DNA of 64,000 nt from a virus: positions 1 to 64,000 of IMG/VR virus record IMGVR_UViG_3300024344_002032; one strand, 5' to 3'. The position numbers and the translations under genes were made by a program. Positions within the stretch are counted from its first letter, which is position 1, and the number at the start of each line of letters is the position of its first letter. Positions 1-9,369 of the stretch are shown one piece after another. A model generated the notes under the pieces. The model made no database searches, was not told the origin of the DNA, and worked only from the letters and a program-made list of their open reading frames with translations.

Positions 1-2
1 AA

Positions 3-137
3 TTTCTCTTTAATTGGTTTAAGTAACATATCAAATAAGATATCGTCATATTTTGTCGGGGTCATTTTCACGATTTTTTCTAAAGCGTAAATAACGACTA
101 GTACATATTCCCAATTTGCTGCTATCCATTCACTCAT
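3..137 (-). CDS. Small membrane protein, 3' end outside the window (holin-like possible)
   Basis: Not in the ORF track. Translated by hand from ATG at 137 with an AGGAG SD upstream: MSEWIAANWEYVLVVIYALEKIVKMTPTKYDDILFDMLLKPIKEK..., which has one hydrophobic segment. Confidence 0.6.
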   Translation of the reverse strand, partial: MSEWIAANWEYVLVVIYALEKIVKMTPTKYDDILFDMLLKPIKEK

Positions 138-153
138 TTTTAACTCCTATTAA

Positions 154-642
154 TTAGAATTGTAATATTGCGTAATCATATTGTAGTGTTAAGGTGATGT
201 CTGCTGGCTCATTAGATTCGAAAGCCACCTCACCAAAATTTGCTGTTGCTACATAAGCACCCTTTAAAGTCCATTCTTCAACTACATCTCCGACTGGACC
301 TAACATATTGAATGTAACATCTTTCTTATAAAAATCTGCATATCCATCTCTACCTGTTACGGATTCATGTCCTAAACGAACCCATTCCATAACTGCTTGT
401 GCACCACTTGGAACAACTGGATCGTATAATGTTATATCAACTGGCTGCCAAGTTCCTTTACCTTTTAAATGTCTTTTGACATTGATATGGTCTAAAATCA
501 TTTCCTCAAACTGTATCTGAGGTCTTGCAGCTGCTTTGACTAAATAAGATGGTATACCCTCAATATACATAATAAACCGATTTTTTGTTTTCGGTTCAAA
601 CGGGGTAAAAAATATTTCATTAGTATCTAAAATGTCAGGCAT
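154..642 (-). CDS. Tail tube protein (T4 gp19-like)
   Basis: FEPKTKNRF, WQPVDITLYDP, WTLKGAY and LTLQYDYA motifs; lies downstream of the sheath gene; start MPDILD at 642 follows a GGAG SD. Confidence 0.9.
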   Translation of the reverse strand: MPDILDTNEIFFTPFEPKTKNRFIMYIEGIPSYLVKAAARPQIQFEEMILDHINVKRHLKGKGTWQPVDITLYDPVVPSGAQAVMEWVRLGHESVTGRDGYADFYKKDVTFNMLGPVGDVVEEWTLKGAYVATANFGEVAFESNEPADITLTLQYDYAILQF

Positions 643-751
643 TATTGTCTCCATTAAAAGCATTTTGTATCTTCTAATATAAATATCAAAAAATTAAAAA
701 ATAAGTAATATGTATATTATATACTTTTTATTAGTTTTATAGAAGTTTTAT

Positions 752-786
752 ACAAAAAGAAAAACCCCAACCGAAGTCGGGGTTTT
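752..786 (-). terminator. Rho-independent terminator after the sheath gene, cUUCGg loop
   Basis: Minus strand AAAACCCCGAC-TTCG-GTTGGGGTTTTTCTTTTT. Confidence 0.85.
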
Positions 787-818
787 CATTATACGTCAGC
801 GTTATTTATAAGTTAAAC

Positions 819-3221
819 TTATTCAGGAAACGATGCACCTGTAGGTTGAACAACAAAATCCAACACAATGAACTCAGCAGTTCTTGTAGGTTGAATAAAT
901 ATCTGTCCAACTAATCTGTTTCTATCCACAACATCTGGAGTATTGTTAGTTTCATCCATTACTACTTTAAATGCACTTAAACCACTATTGGATTGTACAC
1001 TTTCAAGATAAGGATTAACAATATTCAAGAATCTGTTTCGTGTAGCTACTGTATTTTGTTCAAATACTAAGTATCTTGAAGATGATGCGATGAATTTCTT
1101 CATTGCTATCAATAACCTACGAACATTGATTCTATCTAATGCTGATGGTTTAGATTGTAATGTTTTTTGTCCGAAGACAACAACACCTTGACCTGGGAAT
1201 GAAGCTATTGGATTAACTCTTTCTTCATAGAGATCGTCTCTTTCAGCGTGTGTTAATCTTGTTTTAGCTTCTAATACTGTAGTCAAACCACCACGATTCA
1301 AACCTGCTGGTGCGAACCATTCGTGTGCGACTTTATCAGTAAATGCAATTACTCCAGGTAATACAACTGATGGTGGGACCCAAACTGGTCTGTTTGTATC
1401 TCCATCAACTATCTTAACCCAGGGGTAATATGTTCCTGCATAATTAGTATCCAAAGCACTTACAGTATTTGTTGTAACAGCAATACTATCATCGTATGCT
1501 GCTGAATCCATAACATAGAAAGCGTCTGCTCTTGCTTCAATTTTCAATATTGCATGATTCGTTACTTTTGGATGTAATCTATGTATCACACCAGGTGTTA
1601 CCAACAAGTTGATATCAAACTCATCAGGATTACTTATTGCATTAATTGCTCTTTTATAAGCTACTGAACCACTTGCTGTAGCACTTGAGATATCAAATCC
1701 CATAGTGTTTGTTGCACTTATGTCATTACCTGTAAGTTTTGGATTACCAGGATTATCACCATCAAATCCCCATTGGAAAGGAACTGTAAATTTCCTTTGT
1801 TGGATTGCTGACAATGCTAATGTAATATTCTCTGTAGCGTCTGAATATGTAGATGCTAATGTACTTGCATCAGCGTGACCTAACATATTTTCAATAGACA
1901 TAGAGACATTACCCGTTGTAGCTGCTGTCTTATAAATTGGTGATAAGTATTCTGCATTGTCAGGACGTTTATCCATATCAAAGCAAAATCCGTAGAATAT
2001 ATTTGAATCAAAATCACCATTAGAATTTTCCTGTGTCCTAATGAAAGAAGCACTTGGTGCATTAGCTACTGGTATATTTACCGCGCCATGACCCATAGGA
2101 ACAACTGTCGTTGGATGGTTTTCTAAATTCTTGTAATCACCAACACGAATATGTTTACTCATGTTTGGATAATCACCTTTATATGTTAACTTACCATTTG
2201 AATCAATTTCAACAAATCTATCACCAATTACTTTAGCGAAATAATTTGCTGCTTCTGGATCAAATGTCAAGTTGTCATATTGTTCTACTATTTGATTATC
2301 TTTTGTTTTATTTGGTGCATGATGTCGAACTTGTAATGAAAATGTTCCATAATCACTACCTGCTACAGCCGATGCTGCTTTTATATTCAAGACATTAACT
2401 TTATAACTCTTACTCATAATCGTTCCATGTGAACGAGTATAAACTCTGAATAAGTTATATCTTGCACCAGCTACCAACTGTGATTGTATGTAAGGTGTTC
2501 TAGCAACACTATAATCTTTGTTACCAGTCCACGAATCAGCATTACCATCCGTATCATATGTAGCTACACCTGAATTTAAATCAAGTGTACTTGTTGAACA
2601 ACTAATTGCTGTCCAAGCACCTGAACCACTTGCGGATTGTATGCCTTTGAAGTTTTTGTAAAGATAGACTGGAACTGTAGTTCCCGCTCCATCATCTGCT
2701 ATCTGAGGATCTGTACTAAGGACATCTCCAATATAATTTGCACTTGAAGTACTAAACGAAATAGTTTTTGTGTAAGTAGTAATACCACTTCCACTAACTG
2801 TTAACGTATATGCTGCAAATGTTCCACTACCCGTTGATGGTGTCAAATCAGCAGTTCCGTTTGTTCCACCACGTGATGGTGCTAAAACGGCAAATGTTGT
2901 ATCACCCCATTCATTGGCGCCATTTGATGATAGTGTAATTATATCAGGTTTATATCCACCTAGTCCCAAAACCCTCACGACCGTTACCGAACCAGCGGAA
3001 CGTAAATATTGTTGTACAGTATATGGTGTATAATAACGTCTGTCGAGACCACCAAACATTTCTTCATATTCCGAATAGTTATTCAGAATAGTAGGTGTAA
3101 AAGCTGGACCTTTAACGGTGGGACCTATAATTGCCGCACCAATGTCTGCTATACCCTGTGGAAGAAATGATAAGTCTTTCTCTTGTGTAAATACACCAGG
3201 ACTTACGATTCTTTCAGCCAT
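819..3221 (-). CDS. Tail sheath protein (T4 gp18-like)
   Basis: N-terminal SPGVFTQEKD; C-terminal WFAPAGLNRG, FGQKTL, DRINVRRL and IQPTRTAEFI. Confidence 0.96.
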   Translation of the reverse strand: MAERIVSPGVFTQEKDLSFLPQGIADIGAAIIGPTVKGPAFTPTILNNYSEYEEMFGGLDRRYYTPYTVQQYLRSAGSVTVVRVLGLGGYKPDIITLSSNGANEWGDTTFAVLAPSRGGTNGTADLTPSTGSGTFAAYTLTVSGSGITTYTKTISFSTSSANYIGDVLSTDPQIADDGAGTTVPVYLYKNFKGIQSASGSGAWTAISCSTSTLDLNSGVATYDTDGNADSWTGNKDYSVARTPYIQSQLVAGARYNLFRVYTRSHGTIMSKSYKVNVLNIKAASAVAGSDYGTFSLQVRHHAPNKTKDNQIVEQYDNLTFDPEAANYFAKVIGDRFVEIDSNGKLTYKGDYPNMSKHIRVGDYKNLENHPTTVVPMGHGAVNIPVANAPSASFIRTQENSNGDFDSNIFYGFCFDMDKRPDNAEYLSPIYKTAATTGNVSMSIENMLGHADASTLASTYSDATENITLALSAIQQRKFTVPFQWGFDGDNPGNPKLTGNDISATNTMGFDISSATASGSVAYKRAINAISNPDEFDINLLVTPGVIHRLHPKVTNHAILKIEARADAFYVMDSAAYDDSIAVTTNTVSALDTNYAGTYYPWVKIVDGDTNRPVWVPPSVVLPGVIAFTDKVAHEWFAPAGLNRGGLTTVLEAKTRLTHAERDDLYEERVNPIASFPGQGVVVFGQKTLQSKPSALDRINVRRLLIAMKKFIASSSRYLVFEQNTVATRNRFLNIVNPYLESVQSNSGLSAFKVVMDETNNTPDVVDRNRLVGQIFIQPTRTAEFIVLDFVVQPTGASFPE

Positions 3222-3282
3222 TGAGTTTCTCCTAAATGAGTTTTAATTTTATAAAGAAAATTAGTTATTTATAAGTATAAAC

Positions 3283-3316
3283 AAAAATCCCCAAATACAA
3301 CAATGTGGGGATTTTT
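3283..3316 (-). terminator. Probable Rho-independent terminator
   Basis: Inverted repeat AAAAATCCCCA...TGGGGATTTTT downstream of the 104-aa gene. Confidence 0.75.
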
Positions 3317-3337
3317 CTTCGTTTTTTAAAGTTTTTT

Positions 3338-3652
3338 TTAACTATTTGGTGTAAATACACCAGTTTCAGGGTCTAAATTACCTGATCCATATTTGTCATT
3401 CAATTCTTTAGCAACTTCTCTCTCTTTTGCTTGAGTATCAGAATACTTCTTAGCATATTCTTCTTCAGATTTTGCTAATCCATCTATCTGTTGTTGAAGT
3501 GCGATTTTTTGAATTGCTACTTGACCAAATGCAGTTTGACATTCGAGATAGTCTTGTTGAATTTGTTTCAAAGACTCTAACTCTTCATCTGTAAACTTAA
3601 TTTCTTTGGTTGAATCTTCTAATTTGTCAACCAATTTTGACTCTTCTGCCAT
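3338..3652 (-). CDS. Small coiled-coil protein (possible fibre assembly chaperone)
   Basis: Helical E/Q/K-rich 104-aa protein with a GAGG SD, directly downstream of the tail fibre gene. Function is inferred from position only. Confidence 0.6.
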   Translation of the reverse strand: MAEESKLVDKLEDSTKEIKFTDEELESLKQIQQDYLECQTAFGQVAIQKIALQQQIDGLAKSEEEYAKKYSDTQAKEREVAKELNDKYGSGNLDPETGVFTPNS

Positions 3653-3690
3653 AACATTTCCTCTTAATTTATGTTACTAATAAGTATTAA

Positions 3691-6600
3691 TTACTTGTTC
3701 AAACATTCACAATTTTTTTCAATATGTTCAACTTTTTTGTGTAATTCTTTGATAGATTCTATCAATAATGGAACTATTAACTCATATTTAACAGCTTTAT
3801 ATCCATCACCTCTTTCAGTTACGATTTCAGGAAGAACTTTTTCTACTTCTTGTGCTATAACACCATAAGAATGTTCACCTGCAAATACTTCTTTGTTATC
3901 ATTCCAATCAAACTCTACACCACGAAGTTCTGAAAGTTTCATTAATGGATCTCCAATTTTCACCACATTATCTTTCAATCTTTCGTCTGAAGAATAGAAT
4001 GCCACAACGTCATTGTTAAAGTTTGCAAGTCCTGCTGCACTCATATCTAATGTAAGAGCTGTTATTTCAGAAGTAGAATCTTGTCCTTTAAATATTATGT
4101 CTTTATCGTCAACATCCGTAACAATTACGAAATCACTTGAAGCGTTCTTAAACGAAGCGATTGTAGTTCCACCTGATTTTATTACAGTATCATTACCACC
4201 AGCGTCTAATATAATATCTGCAGCTGCATCTACTGTTAGATTGTTTGCTGATATCACTAAGTCAGTTCCATCACCCTCAATCTTCTCACTAGCTCCACCG
4301 AAGACTATACCAACGTTATTTGGAATATGAACATCCGAAGTTGCTGTTAGATTGATTTTAGCACCTGAGTTTATGGTTAAATCTGTATCATCTGACTCAA
4401 TCTTTTCACTTCCATTAGCGTCAAATACTAATCCAATATTCTGAGGTATGTAGACATCTGATTCTGCAGTAAGATTTATTTTTGCACCTGCTATTGTTAA
4501 ATCAGTTCCATCACCTTCAATCTTTTCACCATCGTTTCCGAATGTAAGACCTACGTTAGCTGGTATATTAACATCCGTAGTTGCTGTTAAATTAATATCA
4601 TTACCAGAATTAAAAGTAAAATCAGTACCATCAGATTCTATTTTTTCAGCTGAATCTGTAAAGTGTAAACCAACATTAGTTGGAATCACAACATCAGTTG
4701 TAGCACTTAAATTTAATAAACGACTTGATGCTATTGTTAAATCAGTTCCGTCTCCCTCTATCTTTTCACCATCATCACCGAAAGTCATTCCTATATTAGC
4801 AGGTATATTTATATCTCCACCAGAACCTACTGTAATTGTTAAATCGGTGTCATCGGATTCAATCTTTTCATGCGTTCCAAACATAATTCCTACGTTAGCT
4901 GGAACTTTAACGTCTGCAGTTCCTGTAAGATTAATATTGTTACCTGTTATAGTTAAATCAGTACCATCACCTTCAATCTTTTCACCATCATTACCGAAAG
5001 TCATTCCTATATTTGCTGGTATGTTAATATCACCACTTCCACCTACATTAATACTTAAATCAGTTCCATCACTTTCTATATATTCACCTGTTGCGTTTCC
5101 ACTATGGTCATTAAAGGATAATCTATTTGCTACAAATACATTTGCAAATGAACCTGTAGAAGTAGATGAACCACTTACAAGTGCGGAATTAATTTTAATC
5201 TTATTAGCACTAATAGTTAAATCAGTACCATCACCTTCGATTTTTTCACCATCGTCTCCAAATGTTATACCAACGTTTGATGGTATGTTTACATCACCTG
5301 TAGCCGTTAAGTTAATGTCAGCGCCTGAGTTAACAGTTAGATCAGTATCGTTTGATTCAATCTTCTCACTTGCGTTGTCATCAAAAACTATACCTACGTT
5401 TTTAGGTATGTGAACGTCTGAGGTAGCGCTTAGATTTAATTTTGCACTTGATGCTATTGTTAAGTCCGTACCATCACCTTCAATCTTTTCACCATCATCA
5501 CCAAAAGTTAAACCAACTCCTGATGGTATGTTAACGTCTGTAGTTGCTGTTAGGTTGATATCATTACCAGAATTAAAAGTAAAGTCTGTTCCGTCTGATT
5601 CTATTTTTTCATTTGCATCTGTAAAGTGTAAACCGACATTAGTTGGTATAATAACATCAGCAACTGCTGTAAGTTTAACATTATTACCTGCTATTGTTAA
5701 ATCAGTTCCATCACCTTCGATTTTTTCTCCGTCATCTCCAAAAGTTAAACCAATATTAGCTGGAATATTAATATCACCACCACTACCGACACTAAAACTT
5801 AAATCTGTATCGTCTGATTCAATCTTTTCATGCGTACCGAACATTAAACCTTTATTAGCAGGAATCTTAACATCCGCAGTAGGACTTAAATTAATAATAT
5901 TACCTGTTACAGTAAGGTCAGTTCCATCACCTTCAATTTTTTCTCCGTCATCACCGAAAGTAAGACCAATATTAGCTGGGATATTTACATCTCCTGTAGC
6001 ATCTAAGGTTAAGTCTCCACCTGTATCAATTGTTAATGCGCCACTTGCATCAATTTCAGCAGCGTCTAATGTAATCGTATCTACTGTAAGTTTAGGTGCT
6101 TCTAAGAATACACTTGAAGATATTGCAGTTCCAGCGTGTCTATATCTTAAAAATGCCACACTACCACTTACACCCCAATCAATACCACCATTGTGCATTA
6201 GTGCGGATGTAGCTGAACCACTACCAACCGTTATTGTGTGGTCAGCGACTTGTAGACTTCCAACTTGTGCTTCAAGTCTATTACCTGTAACAGTCAAGTC
6301 TCCTGGAATTGTTACATTACCATCGTTAAGAGTAACAGTTTCAATTACTGTATTTCCACCTGAAGATAGTGTTAGAACACCACTTGAAGCGATAGTCATA
6401 TCTGTACCATCACCTTCTATTTTTTCTCCGTCATCACCGAAAGTCATTCCTACGTTTGCAGGAACATTAATATCTGTCGTAGCCGTAAGATTAATATCTG
6501 CGCCAGAATTGATAGTTAAATCTGTATCATTACTTTCTATTTTTTCACTTGCATTATCATCAAATACTATACCAACATTCTTTGGAACATGAACATCAGA

Positions 6601-8709
6601 AGTAGCAGTCAAGTTTAACTTAGCACTTGAAGCTATAGTAAGGTCTGTTCCATCTCCTTCAATTTTTTCTCCGTCATCTCCAAAAGTCATTCCTATATTT
6701 GCACCAACATTAATATCTCCACCAGAACCCACCGTAATCGTCAAGTCTGTATCATCACTTTCTATTTTTTCATGTGTTCCAAACATAACACCCTTGTTAA
6801 CAGGAACTTTAACATCTGCAGTTGGTGAAAGAACGATATTGTTACCAGTTATGGTTAAGTCTGTACCATCACCCTCAATCTTTTCAGCATCATCACCAAA
6901 GGTTAAACCTACATTTGCTGGTATATTGATATCTGTAGTAGCAGTTAGATGTAAATCATTACTTGAAGCTATTGTTAAATCTGTTCCATTACCCTCAATT
7001 TTCTCACCATCATCTCCGAAAGTCATTCCGATATTAGCTGGTACATTGATATCAGCGCTTGATACAAAGTTTAAATCTGTTCCATCACCGTAAATATATT
7101 CACCACCTGAATCAAAGAAATATATTCTATCTCTAACTAATCCATGCATAAATGAACCTGTACCTGAACCACTAACATTACCAAGAACTTCTAATTCTGC
7201 TCCTGGTTGTTTTGTACCTATACCTAAAGCGTCATTAATAATACCATAAGCAAATGATCCAGTTGAAGCTGATGAACCACTAATTGCTGTAGCAGATATA
7301 TTAGCTATGTGGGCTGTGTCATCAAAAACAGTTATATCACCACCATCAACATTAATCGCTAAATCAGTTCCTACGTCTAAAGTTAATGCTGCGCTAGACG
7401 CTACAGTTAAATCAGTTCCATCACCTTCAATTTTTTCACCATCATCACCAAAAGTTAAACCGATGTTAGCAGGTATATTGATATCACCTCCAGAACCTAC
7501 TGTTATAGTTAAATCTGTATCATCACTTTCTATTTTTTCGTGTGTTCCAAGCATAATTCCTACATTAGCTGGAACTTTAACGTCTGCAGTTCCTGTAAGA
7601 TTTATATTATTACCAGTTATTGTAAGGTCAGTTCCGTCGCCCTCTATCTTTTCTCCGTCATCTCCAAAAGTTAAACCAATATTAGCTGGGATATTTATAT
7701 CACCGCCACCACCTACAGTTATACTTAAATCAGTTCCATCAGACTCAATTTTTTCAGCAGTAGCAAAAGTAATTCCTTTATTAACAGGAATATTTACATC
7801 TGCTGTTGGCGTTAAGTTGATATTATTACCTGTTATAGTTAAATCTGTTCCGTCTCCTTCAATTTTTTCTGCATCGTCTCCAAAAGTTAAACCAATATTA
7901 GCAGGTATGTTAATATCACCACCTGAACCAACACTAACTGAAATATCTGTACCATCCGATTCTATCTTTTCATCTCCAGAACCATCAAGAACTAAACCTG
8001 TATTTGCTGCTAGTACTACATCAGCGGTTGCTGTAAGTTTGATATTATTACCTGTAACTGTAAGGTCTGTTCCATCTCCTTCAATCTTCTCAGCGTCATC
8101 TCCAAAAGTAAGACCGACATCTGCTGGTATATTAATATCTGTTGCTGCTGTAAGGTTTAAATCTCTTCCAGAAGTAATGGTTAAATCTGTTCCATCACCA
8201 CTAATGTATTCACCACCAGCATCTGAAAAATATTCTCTGTTTTCAATAATGGTATTTTTGAAAGATCCTGTTCCATCTAAGTGGATATTTCTCCAAGAAG
8301 CTGCTGAACTACCAATATCTCTTGTTCCATCAGCATCTGGTATAAGATTTGATGCCAAATCTGCTGTTATAACTACAGTATCACTATCTGAATCACCAAG
8401 TGTTGTTGTTCCACCTGCGATAGTAAGTGTACCATCCATTTCTGCATTTCCTGCTAATTCTAATCTACCGAAAGAACCAGTAGATGTAGCAGATGAGGAA
8501 ATATTACCTTTAGCAGTTATATTATTCCATCTTTGTGAATCACTACCTAAATTGAAAACATCAGTTGTATGTGGGACCATACTTGCACTTGCACTAACTG
8601 CACCTAAAGAGGCGCTCATAGTTAAGATTATTTCAGTAGCGCTTTCTACTCCCATACCTTTGGGATTATGTAATTCTGTTGTCGCTAGACTTGAGTGTAC
8701 TTTAGCCAT
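3691..8709 (-). CDS. Long tail fibre with about 30 tandem repeats and a C-terminal intramolecular chaperone (peptidase S74)
   Basis: Repeats of (D)INIPANIGLTFGDDGEKIEGDGTDLTI; S74 signature YSSDERLKDNV...GVIAQEVEKVLPE...LLIESIKEL. Confidence 0.9.
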   Translation of the reverse strand: MAKVHSSLATTELHNPKGMGVESATEIILTMSASLGAVSASASMVPHTTDVFNLGSDSQRWNNITAKGNISSSATSTGSFGRLELAGNAEMDGTLTIAGGTTTLGDSDSDTVVITADLASNLIPDADGTRDIGSSAASWRNIHLDGTGSFKNTIIENREYFSDAGGEYISGDGTDLTITSGRDLNLTAATDINIPADVGLTFGDDAEKIEGDGTDLTVTGNNIKLTATADVVLAANTGLVLDGSGDEKIESDGTDISVSVGSGGDINIPANIGLTFGDDAEKIEGDGTDLTITGNNINLTPTADVNIPVNKGITFATAEKIESDGTDLSITVGGGGDINIPANIGLTFGDDGEKIEGDGTDLTITGNNINLTGTADVKVPANVGIMLGTHEKIESDDTDLTITVGSGGDINIPANIGLTFGDDGEKIEGDGTDLTVASSAALTLDVGTDLAINVDGGDITVFDDTAHIANISATAISGSSASTGSFAYGIINDALGIGTKQPGAELEVLGNVSGSGTGSFMHGLVRDRIYFFDSGGEYIYGDGTDLNFVSSADINVPANIGMTFGDDGEKIEGNGTDLTIASSNDLHLTATTDINIPANVGLTFGDDAEKIEGDGTDLTITGNNIVLSPTADVKVPVNKGVMFGTHEKIESDDTDLTITVGSGGDINVGANIGMTFGDDGEKIEGDGTDLTIASSAKLNLTATSDVHVPKNVGIVFDDNASEKIESNDTDLTINSGADINLTATTDINVPANVGMTFGDDGEKIEGDGTDMTIASSGVLTLSSGGNTVIETVTLNDGNVTIPGDLTVTGNRLEAQVGSLQVADHTITVGSGSATSALMHNGGIDWGVSGSVAFLRYRHAGTAISSSVFLEAPKLTVDTITLDAAEIDASGALTIDTGGDLTLDATGDVNIPANIGLTFGDDGEKIEGDGTDLTVTGNIINLSPTADVKIPANKGLMFGTHEKIESDDTDLSFSVGSGGDINIPANIGLTFGDDGEKIEGDGTDLTIAGNNVKLTAVADVIIPTNVGLHFTDANEKIESDGTDFTFNSGNDINLTATTDVNIPSGVGLTFGDDGEKIEGDGTDLTIASSAKLNLSATSDVHIPKNVGIVFDDNASEKIESNDTDLTVNSGADINLTATGDVNIPSNVGITFGDDGEKIEGDGTDLTISANKIKINSALVSGSSTSTGSFANVFVANRLSFNDHSGNATGEYIESDGTDLSINVGGSGDINIPANIGMTFGNDGEKIEGDGTDLTITGNNINLTGTADVKVPANVGIMFGTHEKIESDDTDLTITVGSGGDINIPANIGMTFGDDGEKIEGDGTDLTIASSRLLNLSATTDVVIPTNVGLHFTDSAEKIESDGTDFTFNSGNDINLTATTDVNIPANVGLTFGNDGEKIEGDGTDLTIAGAKINLTAESDVYIPQNIGLVFDANGSEKIESDDTDLTINSGAKINLTATSDVHIPNNVGIVFGGASEKIEGDGTDLVISANNLTVDAAADIILDAGGNDTVIKSGGTTIASFKNASSDFVIVTDVDDKDIIFKGQDSTSEITALTLDMSAAGLANFNNDVVAFYSSDERLKDNVVKIGDPLMKLSELRGVEFDWNDNKEVFAGEHSYGVIAQEVEKVLPEIVTERGDGYKAVKYELIVPLLIESIKELHKKVEHIEKNCECLNK

Positions 8710-8751
8710 TCGTTGTTCCTATATTAAATAAATATCATTGTTAAATCTTTT

Positions 8752-8988
8752 TTATAATGCTTCATAAATTAACACATCTCCTGTAGAGTCTGTTATTGTT
8801 TCAAAATTTAAAAGACTTGTAGTTTCTTCTGTTACTACCATTTTTTCTAATGCACCAAAACTAACTAATGAAGATGCACCCTCTTTTATAGCTCCTGTAG
8901 AAGTAGTTGAACCTGAAATAACTAAATCACCAACAATTTCGGTGTTTCCTGTTATTCGTTTGTATCCAAGAAAACTAATATCACCCAT
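8752..8988 (-). CDS. Hypothetical tail-associated protein
   Basis: 78-aa ORF coupled to the upstream gene by a TAATG overlap; contains SGS. Confidence 0.6.
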   Translation of the reverse strand: MGDISFLGYKRITGNTEIVGDLVISGSTTSTGAIKEGASSLVSFGALEKMVVTEETTSLLNFETITDSTGDVLIYEAL

Positions 8989-9314
8989 TAGGTTATCTCC
9001 AGTATACTTGCAAATACTTCAAGATCATCATTAGCTGATGCTTGTGTTTCTAATTTATCCCCCGCTCCCAAATTAATTGGTTTTTCTATAATAAGGGTAG
9101 AATCTGCAGGAACATTTACTGTCTTCATTATATGTCGTCTTGTTTGAAAATTAGCACTACCACTAACTGTAACATTTATTGTAGCGTCATCCGTTCCATC
9201 AACATTACTTACATAAATTGCGTGAATAACACCAGTTGTAGCTGATGGACAGGTGTACATTGTAGTTATACTTGTATTAGAACCTGTTGCTGCATTTTTA
9301 AAGGTATTTGCCAT
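8988..9314 (-). CDS. Small beta-rich virion/tail protein
   Basis: MANTFKNA...YTCPS...IEKPINLGAGDKL...ASILEIT resembles small fibre-associated proteins of large myophages; AGGA SD. Confidence 0.65.
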   Translation of the reverse strand: MANTFKNAATGSNTSITTMYTCPSATTGVIHAIYVSNVDGTDDATINVTVSGSANFQTRRHIMKTVNVPADSTLIIEKPINLGAGDKLETQASANDDLEVFASILEIT

Positions 9315-9369
9315 TATTTGTTCCTATTTTTACACTTTTCTTCTACTATAAATATCGAATTTTTCAAAA

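Noticed and set aside
769-778. AACCGAAGTC shared between the sheath terminator and the twin hairpins
   Set aside because: It is explained by common use of a GAC-UUCG-GUU tetraloop cap, and the internal loop is absent here.
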